A stretch of 33,152 nt of DNA, filler included, from Fonticula-like sp. SCN 57-25 (GCA_001724245.1; 3 parts of 3 records of this genome joined end to end with filler, not necessarily neighbours in it); one strand, 5' to 3'. Counted from the first letter of the whole stretch, positions 1 through 12,246 are shown. Numbers and translations: made by a program. The notes: generated by a model not told the origin, from the letters alone.

Positions 1-2062
1 ACCGACTCTTCCGTCTACCTCGCCGAAGCCACCGGCAACGAGTTCAGCTCCTTTAGCGAACGCTCATTGGCTCCCATAATCCCAACAACGCTTCCCTATT
101 CGCTGCGCCTATCGAGCGTCTCATTGGCTGATGACGGTGCGCTGTTGCCGCTTGCTATAAATAGCGGGTCGATGGCGCTGTTTGATGCGGGGATTCCGGG
201 GGTGGATAGGCCGGTGGCGGCGGTGAATGTGGGTGTGGTGGGGGGGGTGAAGGAGGGGGAGGAGACGGTGTTTTTGCATGACTTGTCGGTACGAGATAGA
301 AGTTAAATAGGGGTTATTGTGGCATGAATGCGTGGTTAATGGTGATGATATTGGGTATTAGTGTTATTTGAGTGTGTATTTTGAATGGATTGTCATGTTT
401 ATGAGGCATATATACTTGTATCATTCATGGTTATTGTGTGTTTCAGCTCTTGTTAATGTGTGTTTATGATTGTATATTGCTCATGTTTGCTTTGTATGAC
501 TTCTTATCTCCATATCTATCTTTCACTTTTGTCATATATCTCTCTGATTATTCCTCTGAAACTGACACTTTTTAATAGTTGCTTGAAAGTGCCCATTCGC
601 CCATCCGCATGACACTTGCCGGCACTCCCTATGGCCTTACCTCAATCCAGATGGACGCCAAACTGCCAAACGCAGCCGCAAGCATCGCAGACATCAAAAA
701 GGGTACGTTTAATGGTTTGGCCACGTGGTGTGCTGACATGTGGACAGCATTGCGGCAGGCGTGTGAGAAGCTGCAGGGGACGATGGGCGAGATGGCGGAC
801 GTGATGTCGACGCCGCGCGTGGGTCTCAAACCGACTGCGCCCGTATTTGGTGCGTGAATGTTAAATTGCAAACTGCAAACTGATGAGTCACGTGATGTAG
901 CTGAGGTTGGGATTGAAAAGGGGCGCGCGCGGCAGTTGGTGGGAATTGGCGGGAAGACGATCAAGGCGCTGCAGGCGTCGCACCGTACGTGGCGGGAAAA
1001 GATTTGGCGGAAAATGAATTTTTGTGGGCCAGAAGAACAATTTGGGTCATTTTGGGTCATTTTGGTGTATTTTTGGGGTGTGTTTTTTGTGTCATTATAA
1101 TGTATTTTTGATGTGTTTTGTGTCATTTTAGCATCTTTTTCTGGTTATTCATGTCACTTTTGGATGTTTTTCCCATGTTTCTCCTCTATTTTTCCTTCTC
1201 TTTCCCCCTTTTCCCCCCTTTTCTCACCTTTTTTTCTCCTTCAGCTGGCGCCCGCCTCGACGTTGACGAAGACGCCGAAGTCGTGCGCGTCTTTGCGCGC
1301 TCTTCCACTCAACTCAAAGCCATCCGCGAGTCCATCCTTTCCCTCGCCGGCCGCCTCGAGCGCGGCTCCGTCCACCAAGTCCGCGTGAAAACGGTCGTCG
1401 ACACGGCCGGATGCGGCGTCGAATTCGTGGAAATGCCCGGCAGGGGCGAAGGTTGGATTCATATTAGCGAGCTGTCGGCCACGTGGCTCTCGAGCGCGAG
1501 CGAGGCGGTCAAGGTCGGGGACGTGTTTGAGGCGGCAATTAAGGGGTTCGATAAGGGAAGGCCGCAAATGTCGAGGAAGGACGTCGGGAAGGACCACGTG
1601 GGTGTTGTGACGTCAGAAGAAGAAGACAACGGTGAAGTGGTGGCGTCGGTGACGTCATCGGTGACGTCATCTGTTACGACGTCGTCAGTGTCGGTGTCGT
1701 ACAGGGAGAGGCCGGAAAAGACGGCGGAAAAGTACGAAAAGACGGAAAAGTATGAAAGGAGGGGAGTGACGTCACAGCGTCCTGCGCGTCCCATTGGTGG
1801 CGGTGATCGTCCACGTGGTCCTAGGGGCAAGCATTTGGACGACATTATCGCGGCGCACACGGGCGACGGCGCTGGCCGCGGCGAAAAGCACAGGAGCCAT
1901 GGTCACGTGGGGAAGAGTCACGTGACAAAGGGTCACGTGAAGGGGAAGGTGAGTGCGGTTGGCGCTGCGGCGGCGGAGGCGGCGGCGGTCGTTGAGTCGT
2001 CGGGAAATCCGGCGTGGGACCAGCTGTTTGAGGACCTCGTCAAGAGCAAGGAGGAAAAGTAA
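1..2062 (+). CDS. PNPase-like protein (RNase PH2-KH-S1), 5'-truncated by the window, catalytic residues degenerate
   Basis: Exons 1-288, 579-702, 748-849, 901-984, 1245-2062 join in frame via GT-AG introns. Motifs: PYSLRL..SMALFDAGIP, LAGT..GLTSIQMD, KH 'LVGIGGKTIKALQ', S1 'EGWIHISEL..VKVGDVFEAAI'. Confidence 0.85.
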
Positions 2063-2313
2063 TGTACAGAAATCTATTCAGTTTTGGCGCTTTCTTGTAT
2101 AAATATAATACGAAATGAATTGCATGAATACTGTACGGATACACCAGAATCATTGTATAAAGTATACTTGTCGTATACAGTATAGGATGTTGTCAGCAAA
2201 CAACATATCGGTCTGTCGGATTCAAGCAAAAACATAATTATTCATGCCTATGGACGCACTTCAAGTGTGCATAAAAAAGGCTTTCAGATAGAGATAAAAG
2301 CAAAAAAAATATT

Positions 2314-2399
2314 GCCTGCAGCATCGAGTATTCCGGCGTGGTCACCCTCCGCTGTACTGACTCGACCAGCACGCGCTTGATTTTCGTGAGCGAGACGGG
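2314..2399 (-). pseudogene. 5S rRNA copy lacking the normal 5' third
   Basis: 86 nt identical to the 3' part of the copy at 2705-2811 (CCCGTC...AGTCAGTAC..GGTGACC..GGAATAC..GCTGCAGGC), followed by a T8 run. Upstream sequence does not match the 5S 5' end. Confidence 0.8.
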
Positions 2400-2704
2400 T
2401 TTACACATTGGGATTTTCACCTACAATGATGAGGTATATCTACAAAGGTGTACTTCATAAACGCCACGAGATGAACAACTGTGAAAAATGTATTGCTTTT
2501 GTGAACCCTCAAACTACGAAACTTTCCTTTGCTGCATGCAGTATCCTTCAAAATGTAAAATTGGCGGGAACGCATATCGGCTGCTAAAACTTGGCCAAAT
2601 CAAATCCGAATAACACTGCAAGTCAAAATAATACCATGTCAAACATTACTCTATCATAAAGGACTAGCTTGCGTCGTGTGCAAACAAAGCAAAAAAAAAT
2701 GATT

Positions 2705-2811
2705 GCCTGCAGCATCGAGTATTCCGGCGTGGTCACCCTCCGCTGTACTGACTCGACCAGCACGCGCTTGATTTTCGTGAGCGAGACGGGCACGTGTGTA
2801 TGGCCGCAGAC
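2705..2811 (-). rRNA. 5S: 5S rRNA gene or variant with an ~11-12 nt internal deletion
   Basis: Starts GTCTGCGGCCATAC and ends GCTGCAGGC plus a T9 run. Helix I pairs, and helix II pairs fully (CACACGTG with CGCGTG-C-TG). Length 107 nt versus ~119; the 5' side of loop B and helix III is missing. Confidence 0.8.
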
Positions 2812-2989
2812 ATACAAAGATGAATCAAATCTCCTTTTATACACATCACATTTATGACGAATATCAAACTGAATGACACGATACCAAAGAAGAGGCTTTC
2901 GTATTGATGCAAAGACATGCCATATGAGATATGTGCAGAGTCAAATTCCATAATGAATATATTCGTGTTGATTATGATACATGCATCTT

Positions 2990-5396
2990 CTACTCGTCCT
3001 CCTTGTACTTTTCGATTGCGTCCTTGAGCTCCTGCGCCGTCTTCTCGCTCGTCGTCCTAAACATGAACGTCTTCATCTCGGTTTCGTCCGAGCCCTCCTT
3101 CTTCATGACAACATTGAAAGTAACATCCTTCTTTTGCACGCCCGCCTTGACGAGCGGGAAGAGCGGCGCGTTCAGGAGCAGCTTGCCGCTCGTCTCGTTA
3201 CGCGAAACAACGCGGCGCTTCTTGGTCGTGTCGTGGCGGTAAAGCCGGAGATTCGACACGCCGAGGACAGTCCAGGCGCCAGCGACAAGCTCGTACAGCT
3301 TGAGGCGGTCAACCTCAAACAGGCACGTCTCGGCTTTTTCCTCTAATTGGACATGGGCATGTGAGTTATTGATTTCATGAGCGGGAAGGGGAAAGCAACA
3401 CAAAAAAAATGAAATCCACACATAAAAATGCACTTTGCGTGTCAATACCGTAACATTACCACATCAATACCGTATCAATACACCATACACAAACACTTTT
3501 TCCTTTCACAAATTCCTTTCCCTTCCATTTTCACTTTCATGTTCCCTTTTCGCACCTTCACTCTTCTTTCCGCCGAGCGCCGCGACCTCACCCGCCGTAA
3601 TCGTCTCATCCTCACCATCATCGCCGTCGTCACCTTCCGCATCGCCGCCGCCCACCTTGAGCCCGAGGGCGCCGCCCCCGATGCTCGGCGTCTGACCGGG
3701 CAGGAACGCGGGCGCGCCGCCGCCAAAACCGCCAAACAGCGGCGCGGCCGCCTTGCCAGCGCCGCCGCCGAACGAGAAGGGCGTCGAAGCGCCGCCGCCA
3801 AACGAGAAAGGCGCCGCCGTGCTGCTGCCGCTGCTGCCGCCAAAGGAGAGCGGCGCACCTGCGCCAAAGGACGCGGGCGGGCCACCAAACGAGAACAGCG
3901 ACGGCGCGGGCGCAGCCTTTTCATCCTTGGTCTCCTTGGCCTTCTCCTCCTTGGCATCCTTTTCCTTCTTGGCGGGCTCAGCGTCATCGCCATTGCCATC
4001 TTCGCCTTCATCTCCTTCACCCTCACCATCATCATCATCATCATCAAGGCCTTCAAGGTCCTCGTCATCATCCTCTTCGTCATCCTCACCGTCCTCTTCG
4101 TTCCAGTCCTTGTCGCCATCATCACCATCATCTCCAGCATCGCCATCATCACCATCATCATCACCGTCATCATCGACATCGACCACTTCGGCGGCGCCGC
4201 CCTGCATCAGCGAGCGCTTGCGAGGCCCAGCCTTGCCTGCAACGCGCGCGATCGACGGCGGCGCGGCCTTGGCGGCCTTGGACTCGGCGTCGTCCGTGGA
4301 CGTGATGCCCTCAAAGCTAAAGCTCGGCGGGACCGCCGACGCGGACAGAGGCTTGAACGAAAAGGACAGCGCGGGGGCCGCGGCCTTGGCGTCGGTCGCG
4401 GCAGGCTTGGAGTCGGCCGTGGGCGGAGCAAAGGCAAAGACGGGCGCAGCCTTGGCGTCGAACGCCGGCTTGGCCGGGGCAGCCGCCGCCGCGCCAAAGC
4501 CAGAAAAGGCGCTCGAGGCGCCGCTGCCGAGGGAGGCGAACGGGCTCGAGGTCGCGGCAGCAGGCTTGGACGCGCCAAAGTTGAAGACGGGCGCCGGGAG
4601 CGACGCCGGCGGAGCGGGCACGGCGGCCTTGGCGTCCGTCTCGGTCGGCTTCGGCATGGTTTCCGTCGGCTTTGTGGCAGTTTCGGTCGGCTTAGGGGAG
4701 GCGGCGGCGGGATCGTCCTTGGGGATCACGGCGGCGAAATCCTTAATGATGTCGTCGCGGAACCGCTTGTACTGCGCGATCGGGACGCTCAGGTCAGCAA
4801 AAGCGTTCTTGTCAACCGTCGACGTAAGGTGCTTCATGAAAGACACGTTGAGCGCGCGCAGCTCGCGGTAGTACCCCTCGGCCGTGATCGCCGACGAGCT
4901 GTACGGCTTGCCGGCAGGGGCGGCGGCGGGGGTGGGGGCGGCCGCCGGGGCGCTGCCAAACGCGCTCGCAAAGGGAGAGCTCGACTTGGCGGGGGGGGCG
5001 CCAGAGGAGGGCGCGAGGGCCGCAAAGGGATTGCTCGTCGCGATCGACGTCGTGCGGCGCGTGATCGTGGCGATCCTAAACAAGCAGGTGAGCAAAAGTT
5101 GAATGGAACAAGTAACAAAAGACACGAGAAAAGAAATTTAAAAAACACAAAAGTAGCGCATTGCGCATCAGATAGTAAAGAGCGACACGGAAACTTGTGC
5201 CAAAAGTGGCGCGTTTCGTACTTGCGGGTGGCGAGGACCTGCAACCCAGTTGGTTAGAGTCATTATACCCAAAAGAACCAAAACGTACAGATGAGCTAGC
5301 AATGGAGGGACCCTGGTCCGCAACAGTGTCATCATCGTCGTCGCTTACGTCCTCCCTCCGGCGGTGTTCGCCTTCAGTTTGGCGTTTTTTGCTCAT
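2990..5396 (-). CDS. NUP50: Nucleoporin Nup50/Nup2 (FxFG repeats, acidic tract, C-terminal Ran-binding domain)
   Basis: N-terminus MSKKR..EDVSDDDD..ASSSVLATRKI (includes a 17-nt exon, 5222-5238). Many FSFG/FNFG repeats. RanBD-like 'KLYEL..WTVLGVSNLRL..RNETSGKLLLNA'. Confidence 0.85.
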
Positions 5397-5529
5397 GGCG
5401 CGCGTAAGGCCTGCTGCCGTGCGATGAAAAACGGACTGGTCACGTGAAATGTTCATCACGTGATTTCGGCCACGTTTCTCGCGGCATCTCGGCGGAAAGA
5501 GTCTGCGATCAGCCGCCTTTGTAGCGCAC
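5397..5529. promoter_or_regulatory. Bidirectional promoter (Nup50/MRPL46) with two TCACGTGA E-boxes
   Basis: 133-bp gap between divergent ATGs; TCACGTGA at 5440-5447 and 5456-5463. Confidence 0.55.
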
Positions 5530-6592
5530 ATGTTTTCATTGCGTTCTGCGCCGCTTCGTGGCGCGCTGAGTGCGTTTTTTACTGTCCAATTGTGCGCATT
5601 ATGTTACTAAATACTCCTCTTTCTCTCCATCTTTCAGCGCGCGGGATGGCGACGTCGCCAAAGTACTGGGTGGGCGTGGTGCTGCAGCGTAATCCCGTCG
5701 TTCTTCCCGACCCGACGCCAGAGGAGGAGGCGTACAACGCGTACCAGCTGCAGATCGAGACGGAAAAGTCAAAGGCGTTCAATCCCAGCGTACGCACGCG
5801 GCATGCCCGCCGATTCCCGCTGAAGCTCACAGCCCAATCCCCGATCGTAGTTTTACTACAAGAAGAGCGACTCGAAGAGTATCGAGCAGATCCAGCAGCA
5901 GCAGGCCGCGCAGGAGCAGGAGCTCTTTACTGAGGGAGCGCGTGTCACCGAGGCCGACAAGACAAATGACCAGCACAGCCTCCAGAGGTGCGCCAAGCTG
6001 ATCCTGCGTGATCGGGCGACGATGGGGTCATTTTCCGCTGGTTTTTGTTATGTTTTGTGGATATTTTGTGCTGCTTTTTATTAGCAGTGTATTTTTTAAT
6101 GCTGGTTTTTGTTTTTTGCGGCACGGCGCTGCTTGTGTGAATTTTTCGCTTCCTTTAATCCACCTTTGGCTACTTTTTACCACTTTTTCCGCGTTGTTTT
6201 CGCGTTATTTACGTTATTTTTTGTTTAGGAAACTGTCTCGTACGTTGTACCTTTTGACGAAGGACGCGTCGTCTGGCCGCTGGCAGTTCCCGCTGATGCC
6301 CGCGCCCGCCGACCACGAGCTCAACCAGGCCGTCTCTAATCACGTGACGAGTACTTTGCTGACGCACCGTCCGCGCGTCTTTGTCCCCGGCAAGCTGCCG
6401 CAGGCGGCGCTCGAGCGGAGCGGCTCTCCGCCGACCTTCTTCTACTGCGCGCAGCTGCTGCACGGCCACGTGTCGCTCGAAAAGAGCGCGGGCATTGCGG
6501 ACTACAAGTGGGTCGACAAGCAGGAGGCGCTTGAGCTCATCAAGGACAATGGCGAGCTCGCAAAGGCCGTCGAGAGGATCATGTTTAATTAA
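5530..6592 (+). CDS. MRPL46: Mitochondrial ribosomal protein mL46
   Basis: Four exons. Presequence-like MFSLRSAPLRGALTRG; 'VLQRNPVV..PTPEEEAY'; 'RVTEADKTNDQHSLQRKLSRTLYLL..WQFP'; 'DYKWVDKQE'. Confidence 0.9.
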
Positions 6593-6802
6593 GGAAAATG
6601 TAAACAAAATTTAAATAACAACTTATCAACACTAGAATGATGTGGGCGCTTTTAGTTGCGTCCTGGTGCATGGACGTGCATGTACTGCAAGGACGGAATG
6701 TGCAATCAATATTGATTATTACTCTGCATTCATTACTCAAACATACTACTCGACCAGAGTGAAAAGCAGCCACAAAGAGCCAAGCGACAAAAGTAAAACT
6801 GA

Positions 6803-8601
6803 CTAGAACCCGCTGACTGATTTCGTGTCCGTCTTCTTGAGCTTGCCGCGCATCGCGTCCATGCCCGCGAGCATCGGATTGGCTGGCGCGGCCGCTTGCG
6901 GTGCCTTTGCACCACCATTTGCCGCGCCTCCACCGCCTCCACCGACTGCTGGTGATGACGAGTCGCGCGTCGTCGTCTTCTTGAGCTTGGCACCCTGCTG
7001 GATGCCCGCCAACAGCTGCGAGCGGTCGCCTCCAGAAGGCGGCCCACCAGCGGCGGGCGGCGGTGGCGGCGGAGGCGCAGACGGGGCCGGCGGCGGCGGT
7101 GGCGGCGCAGGGGCAGCAGCTGGCGGCGGCGGTGGGCCACCTGCAGCTGGAGAAACACTGCCTGCAGCTTGCGTCTCCTGGGCGCGGGCCTCTGCCTGGC
7201 GCTGCTTCTCCTCTGCAATCCGCGTGCGCTCCTCCGCCTCGCGGAGGCGCCGCTCCATGTCGGCACGGTCGCGCTCGGCGCGCTGCTCGGCGTCGCGGCG
7301 CGCGGCAGCCTCGGCTTCGGCGGCGGCCTTGGCGGCGGACAGCTCCGCGGCGGCAGCGGCGGCGGCGGCGTCGGACCGCGCAATGGCTGCCTTGGCCTCC
7401 TGCTCAATGCGGTCGCGCTCGGCGGCGGCAGCAGCAGCGGAGGCGGAGGCGGTGGCGGCCGCGGCAGAGGCGGCGGCTTCGCGCTCAATCGCCTTTGAGG
7501 CGAGTTGCTCGGCAGCGGCCTTGTCAGCGGCGGCCTTGGTGGCAGCTTCCTTGGCCTTGTCTGCTGCTAGTTTTTCGGCTGCTGCCTTATCTGCGGCTTC
7601 CTTGGCGGCCTTGTCGGCAGCCGCCTTGTCAGCAGCGGCCTTGTCTGCAGCTGCCTTGTCGGCCGCGGCCCTGTCTGCTGCTGCTTTGTCTGCAGCGGCT
7701 TTGTCTGCAGCGGCCTTGTCAGCCGCGGCTTTGTCTGCAGCGGCCTTGTCAGCAGCTGCTTTGTCCGCCGCGGCCTTGTCAGCGGCGGCTTTGTCGGCAG
7801 CGGCCTTGTCGGCGGCTTCTTTGGCAGCCTTTTCAGCAGCTGCTTTCTCGGCTGCTGCCTTGTCTGCCTCGGCCTTGTCCTGGGCCGACACTGATACGGC
7901 GGCCATGTCGGTAGGCCGCTTGAATGTGTTGGCCTTGAGAGCGACGCCGGCCGGCTCCTGCGGCTTCGGTGCGGCCGCCGGAGCCGGTGCAGCTGCGGCT
8001 CGCGTCGCAGGAACGGGTGCAGCGGCGGGAGCAGCGCTGCGAGTGGGTGCGGCTGGCGAAGGGGCACTGCGAATGGGTGCCGCTGGCGAAGGGGCACTGC
8101 GAATGGGCGCCGCTGGTGAAGCGGCGCTCCGATTGGGCGAGGCTGGCGAAGGAGAAGCGCGATTGAAAGTCGCTGCTGACGTGGCGACACGACTGGGCGA
8201 GGCGGGCGAGGGAGCGGCACGAGAGGGCAGCGCGGGTGACGGCGCCGGCTGTGCGGCGCGCGGCGCAGGGGCGGTGGCAGCCGGCCGTCCAGCGGTCGGT
8301 GCCGGCGCTGGCCGACCAGCGGCTGGCGCGGCGGCAGTGACATCGCGCATCGCCTTGAATGTGTCTGTTTTGCTGGTGAATTGCTTGACCGTTGGCCCGC
8401 TCGAAGACGCCTTGCTCACAACTCGCCTGTCACACGGTCAGCGCCACAGAGGGAAAGAGAGAGCGCGCACTTTGGCTGGACGTGGACATTGCCAGGGGTG
8501 CCAAACTGGGCTTGCGCACCGAGCATCGCTAGCCGAATCACGGCATTGATCTCCTCCTCGTTCTGCTCGGGAAGCGGAGCCTCGTCATCAGAGTCGGACA
8601 T
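6803..8601 (-). CDS. WH2-domain, polyproline, Ala-rich helical-repeat actin regulator (WIP/verprolin-like C-terminus)
   Basis: ATG at 8601 and one 44-nt intron join ORF 6803-8419. PPPPP tracts, WH2 '[18 protein letters not shown]', second WH2-like '[11 protein letters not shown]'. Confidence 0.8.
7520..7875 (-). repeat. Coding 15-bp tandem repeat, (D/E)KAAA x ~20
   Basis: Repeated GACAAGGCCGCNGCN units with synonymous variation. Confidence 0.9.
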
Positions 8602-9196
8602 TGTCAGAAAACGGGCTGGATAAAAGGTGAATCGACCGCCGGAACAGAGGTAAGCCGACGGACGATGTGTGTCCAGTGTTTGTTGTATGACGAATTCCTC
8701 GGGGAAGGGGCGGGCCAATCAGAAGCGAGGATTTCTGGATGACGAAGTGGTCTCTGGCATGTAGCAAAATGAACCACCATAAAGCTGGGACCATACAAGA
8801 AACAGGCAAAGGAAAGGTTTATTGGAAGCAATGAAGAGAAAAGTGGCGTTGCTAGTGCATCGTGTGCGGCGCCACTTTGGCCCTACTGGGCAGAAAAGTC
8901 TGTTTGCACTAGCAAATTATGGCCATATTGGCCCATCATCAAAGAGGAATGAGGGCAAATTGCCAGAATAATTATGGACAGCGATACTACATTGTCCGTA
9001 AACTGTATTTAAAGGATTGTAAACAAGTCTATGTGACGAACCAACGGCGCGCCACTCTTTAGCAAGCACAAAATGAATAGAGCGGGGATATACGAGAGGA
9101 AGAGAGGCTAGAAGAACCGAATGAAGGCGAGATCGCTTTCGCGACAAGAAGAGAAATAAATGACATCAAATGAATTGAATAGCATTTATGATCGAT

Positions 9197-10821
9197 CTAC
9201 GACGAGGCGGTGGCGACCGCGGGCGTGGCGCCAGCGGGCACCGGCGTGCTGCTGCTCAAGTACTCCCAGTTGCTGACCATGAACTTTTGGACGGCGATGA
9301 GCGCCTCGTATCTGACATTGTGGTCCTGGTCGTTCATGAGGTCCATGATGCGCGTCTTGGCGCCAATATCCGTGACGATCTTCTTGCCGCGCGGGTTGAC
9401 GCGGACGTACTCGCCAATGTCGTGGCAGGCGATGGCGAGGTGCAGCGGATTGGTCGAGTTGTTGAGGATCTTGGCGAGCAGGCGCAGGATCTCATAGTCA
9501 TTCTCATTCAAATTGGTCGCGTTGAGCTTCCAGAAAGAGTCCGAGCGGTGCACCGGCGACCACTCGAGGTTGCCCGACCGCACCTCCGACGCGTACTCGT
9601 CAAACGAGCTCAGCGTCTGCACGTTGCGCTGCAGCGCATGCAGCAAAAAGTCAACGTCGGCGGGGATGTCCTCGTCAGCAAACTTGCGGGCGGAGAGAAT
9701 GTTGCACAGCGGCAAAAGCTTGTTGTCGGCCATCGGGCCAAGATTAACCGTCGGCGCCTTCTCGAGCATGTTCTGCGCGCAAAAGAGTGAGCAACAGCGC
9801 ACTTTTGCAGCACGGTACGTACACGAAGGCAGGCGAGCGCGACGCGGATGACCTTCTCCTTGAGCGCGCCCTTGATGACGTCGACGAGGATGGGGATTGT
9901 GTTCCACTTGTTGAGCGACGCGGCGATGGGCGCCGAGAAGGACAGGAGCCAGAGGCAGAAGATGACCTGGTACTGTACCTGGAAGTTGTTGTGCTTGAGC
10001 TTGAGCACCTCAACAAGGCGGACCATGCCGTCGGGCGTCTCAAAGTACTTGACGCGGAAGCGCTCCTGCAGCAGGAGCGTCTGCAGCGCCTGCACGGCAG
10101 TCTCAATGTGGGCGTCCTTGACGGTGCGAAGGCGCTCGCTGATCCAGTTGAAGTAGCCATCAAGCTCGGCGGGCTTCATCGAGCCGCCGTGCGTAAGCAG
10201 GCAGGCCACAATCTTGCTCGCCTTTTGCGTGATGTAGTCGTCGTCCTTCTGGAGGCACCGCAAGAGGGGCGAGAAGGGGAGCGACTCGTCCGTGCGGCCA
10301 GCCTCAACAAGATGCTGCGCCTGCGTAGGCATCCCTGTAAAGCAAACAAAAATTAAAGGGAGAAAAAACGGTGCAAGAAGACGCCACAAGCAAAAGATTC
10401 ACAAAGACATGAAAATGGGCGCGGCACGAGGGAGAGGAACACGTACAGACAAGAATGTCGTCAATGACCGAGAGGAGGTAGCGGATGGGCTCGTCCTTGT
10501 TGATCTTGTTGACAACATTGAGGAAGCAAAGAAGGATCTGGCGACCGTTCTGCTCGAGCAGCTGGCCCGACATTACGCGATCGTGCTTGTTCACCTCGTA
10601 CGCATTGATGATGTCAAACTCGACCTGATCAATCAGCTGCGCGTGAAAGTATTGCTAAAAGGAGCGCGCAAAACGAGGCGTGAGCATAGGGAAAGATATA
10701 AATAAAAATGCATGAAAAGCAGACGTACATCCCACATGATGCGGTAGGTGCGGACGGAGGGGCTCTCCTGTTCCTCGAGCACCGTAGGCACCACCGAGAA
10801 AGAGATGGGCGCGACGCTCAT
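9197..10821 (-). CDS. ATP6V1H: V-type ATPase subunit H (Vma13)
   Basis: Four exons. 'QVQYQVIFCLWLLSF', 'KEKVIRV', 'LSSFDEYASEVRSGNLEWSPVHRSDSFW', 'ACHDIGEYVR', 'VRYEALIAVQK'. Confidence 0.97.
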
Positions 10822-11185
10822 GATGCTGCACAAATTAGGGCAAACAAGCGCGTCAGGTTAGCCACATAAATATTTATATAAATTTGCGCACATTCGATCT
10901 TCTGCTCGTGCCTGGAACTCTTGCGCGTTCTGCAATCTGCCAGGGATTTCGAGCACCCGGGTTGCCCGATCCTCTCTCTGAGCAAGAGCAAGAAAAAACA
11001 GGGTTCCCTATTCCGGAATCATTTCGATTCCAGTTCTGATTTGTTTGATTTGTCTGATCGGGTCAGAGGGGCCACAGTGCTGCGGCAGGCGTGTGCTCTT
11101 CCTCAGGCCACTCTCTCGGCCCACTTTTTGATAGTTTGTGTGTTGCTCTGAATCTCGCTCGCTGCGCGACCGACAGGAGAACACC

Positions 11186-11796
11186 ATGTTTCAGAGGATT
11201 GCGAGCCAGATGCGCTCGCCCGAGTTCCGCTCGTACTTGATGAGCACGGTACGCTTGCTTGGAGCGACTTGCTAGTTTTCTAACCTTGGGCATCACAGCA
11301 CTTTTGGGGACCAGGTACCAGACGTGTCACAAAGTGTTTCCCGCCTGTTCTAACGCTCGCTCGCTCTCTCGCTTTCTCTCTCGTCCTTCTCGTTGCTTTC
11401 CTTTTTTTCTTGCATAGTGGTTAATTGGACGCTGCCTATCGCGGCGATTGCTGACACCAAGAAGAGCCCAGAGTACATTAGCGGCAAGATGACCGTCGGT
11501 ATGTTTCCCTCCTTGCGAGGCGAGCCCCCTTTTACCGTAAGCTGACACACGCCGCCACAGCCCTGTCGCTGTACTCTCTTTTGTTTATGCGCTTTGCGTG
11601 GATGGTGAAGCCGCGCAACCTGCTCCTGCTCGCGTGCCACTTGACCAACGAGACGGCGCAGCTTGCTCAGGGGTACCGGTTCATCGACTGGCACTACAGG
11701 TACGCACGCCTGCGTGTCGTGGAACAGCGTGCTTAACGTCCGGCGTGTAGGGGTGGGAAGGAGCGTGGCTTTGTGCCGCCGGCCGCCAGCGCCTAG
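11186..11796 (+). CDS. MPC1: Mitochondrial pyruvate carrier 1
   Basis: Five exons give '[70 protein letters not shown]'. Includes a 16-nt exon at 11299-11314. Not captured by the ORF track. Confidence 0.95.
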
Positions 11797-12246
11797 GGTG
11801 AGTGACGGACCAGGTGACGAACCACATTGTACTCTATACTGATAATATTGACCGAGTGGATTTGCAATTACTGAAACGGTTAAGCGACCTTTGCGGCTTT
11901 GTGGACATTCCTTGCAAACGGTTTGTCATATTCGATTGCAAGTTGACTTGCACGGTATGAATTCAGACGATACACCGCGTCCTTAGTCTCGACACCTTTA
12001 AAAAGACGCGGGCAGCATACACAAAACAACAACGTGCGGGGCTCTCAGTAGATAATGCCCACGGCAAGTAATGTACCAAGTAGTCACGCTTCCTGCAAGC
12101 CCACGGCATGTTTGCACGCATGTGAGGCCTGCCTCTACCTCTGCCTGCCTCCACCAGCCACTGTGCCTCCCAGGTGCCTCCACCCGTAAAATGCACAGTC
12201 ATCGTTTACTCCTGCACGTGAAATCTGCTTTCGGGTGGTACAGGAG

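Noticed and set aside
2238-2857. Duplicated small ORFs (..KRVLVESVQRR..)
   Set aside because: They are translations of the 5S rRNA copies.
3428-5257. 609-aa and 372-aa plus-strand ORFs
   Set aside because: Antisense shadows of the GC-rich, low-complexity Nup50 exon.
6825-8549. 574-aa plus-strand ORF with ALSAA repeats
   Set aside because: Reverse complement of the DKAAA repeat gene.
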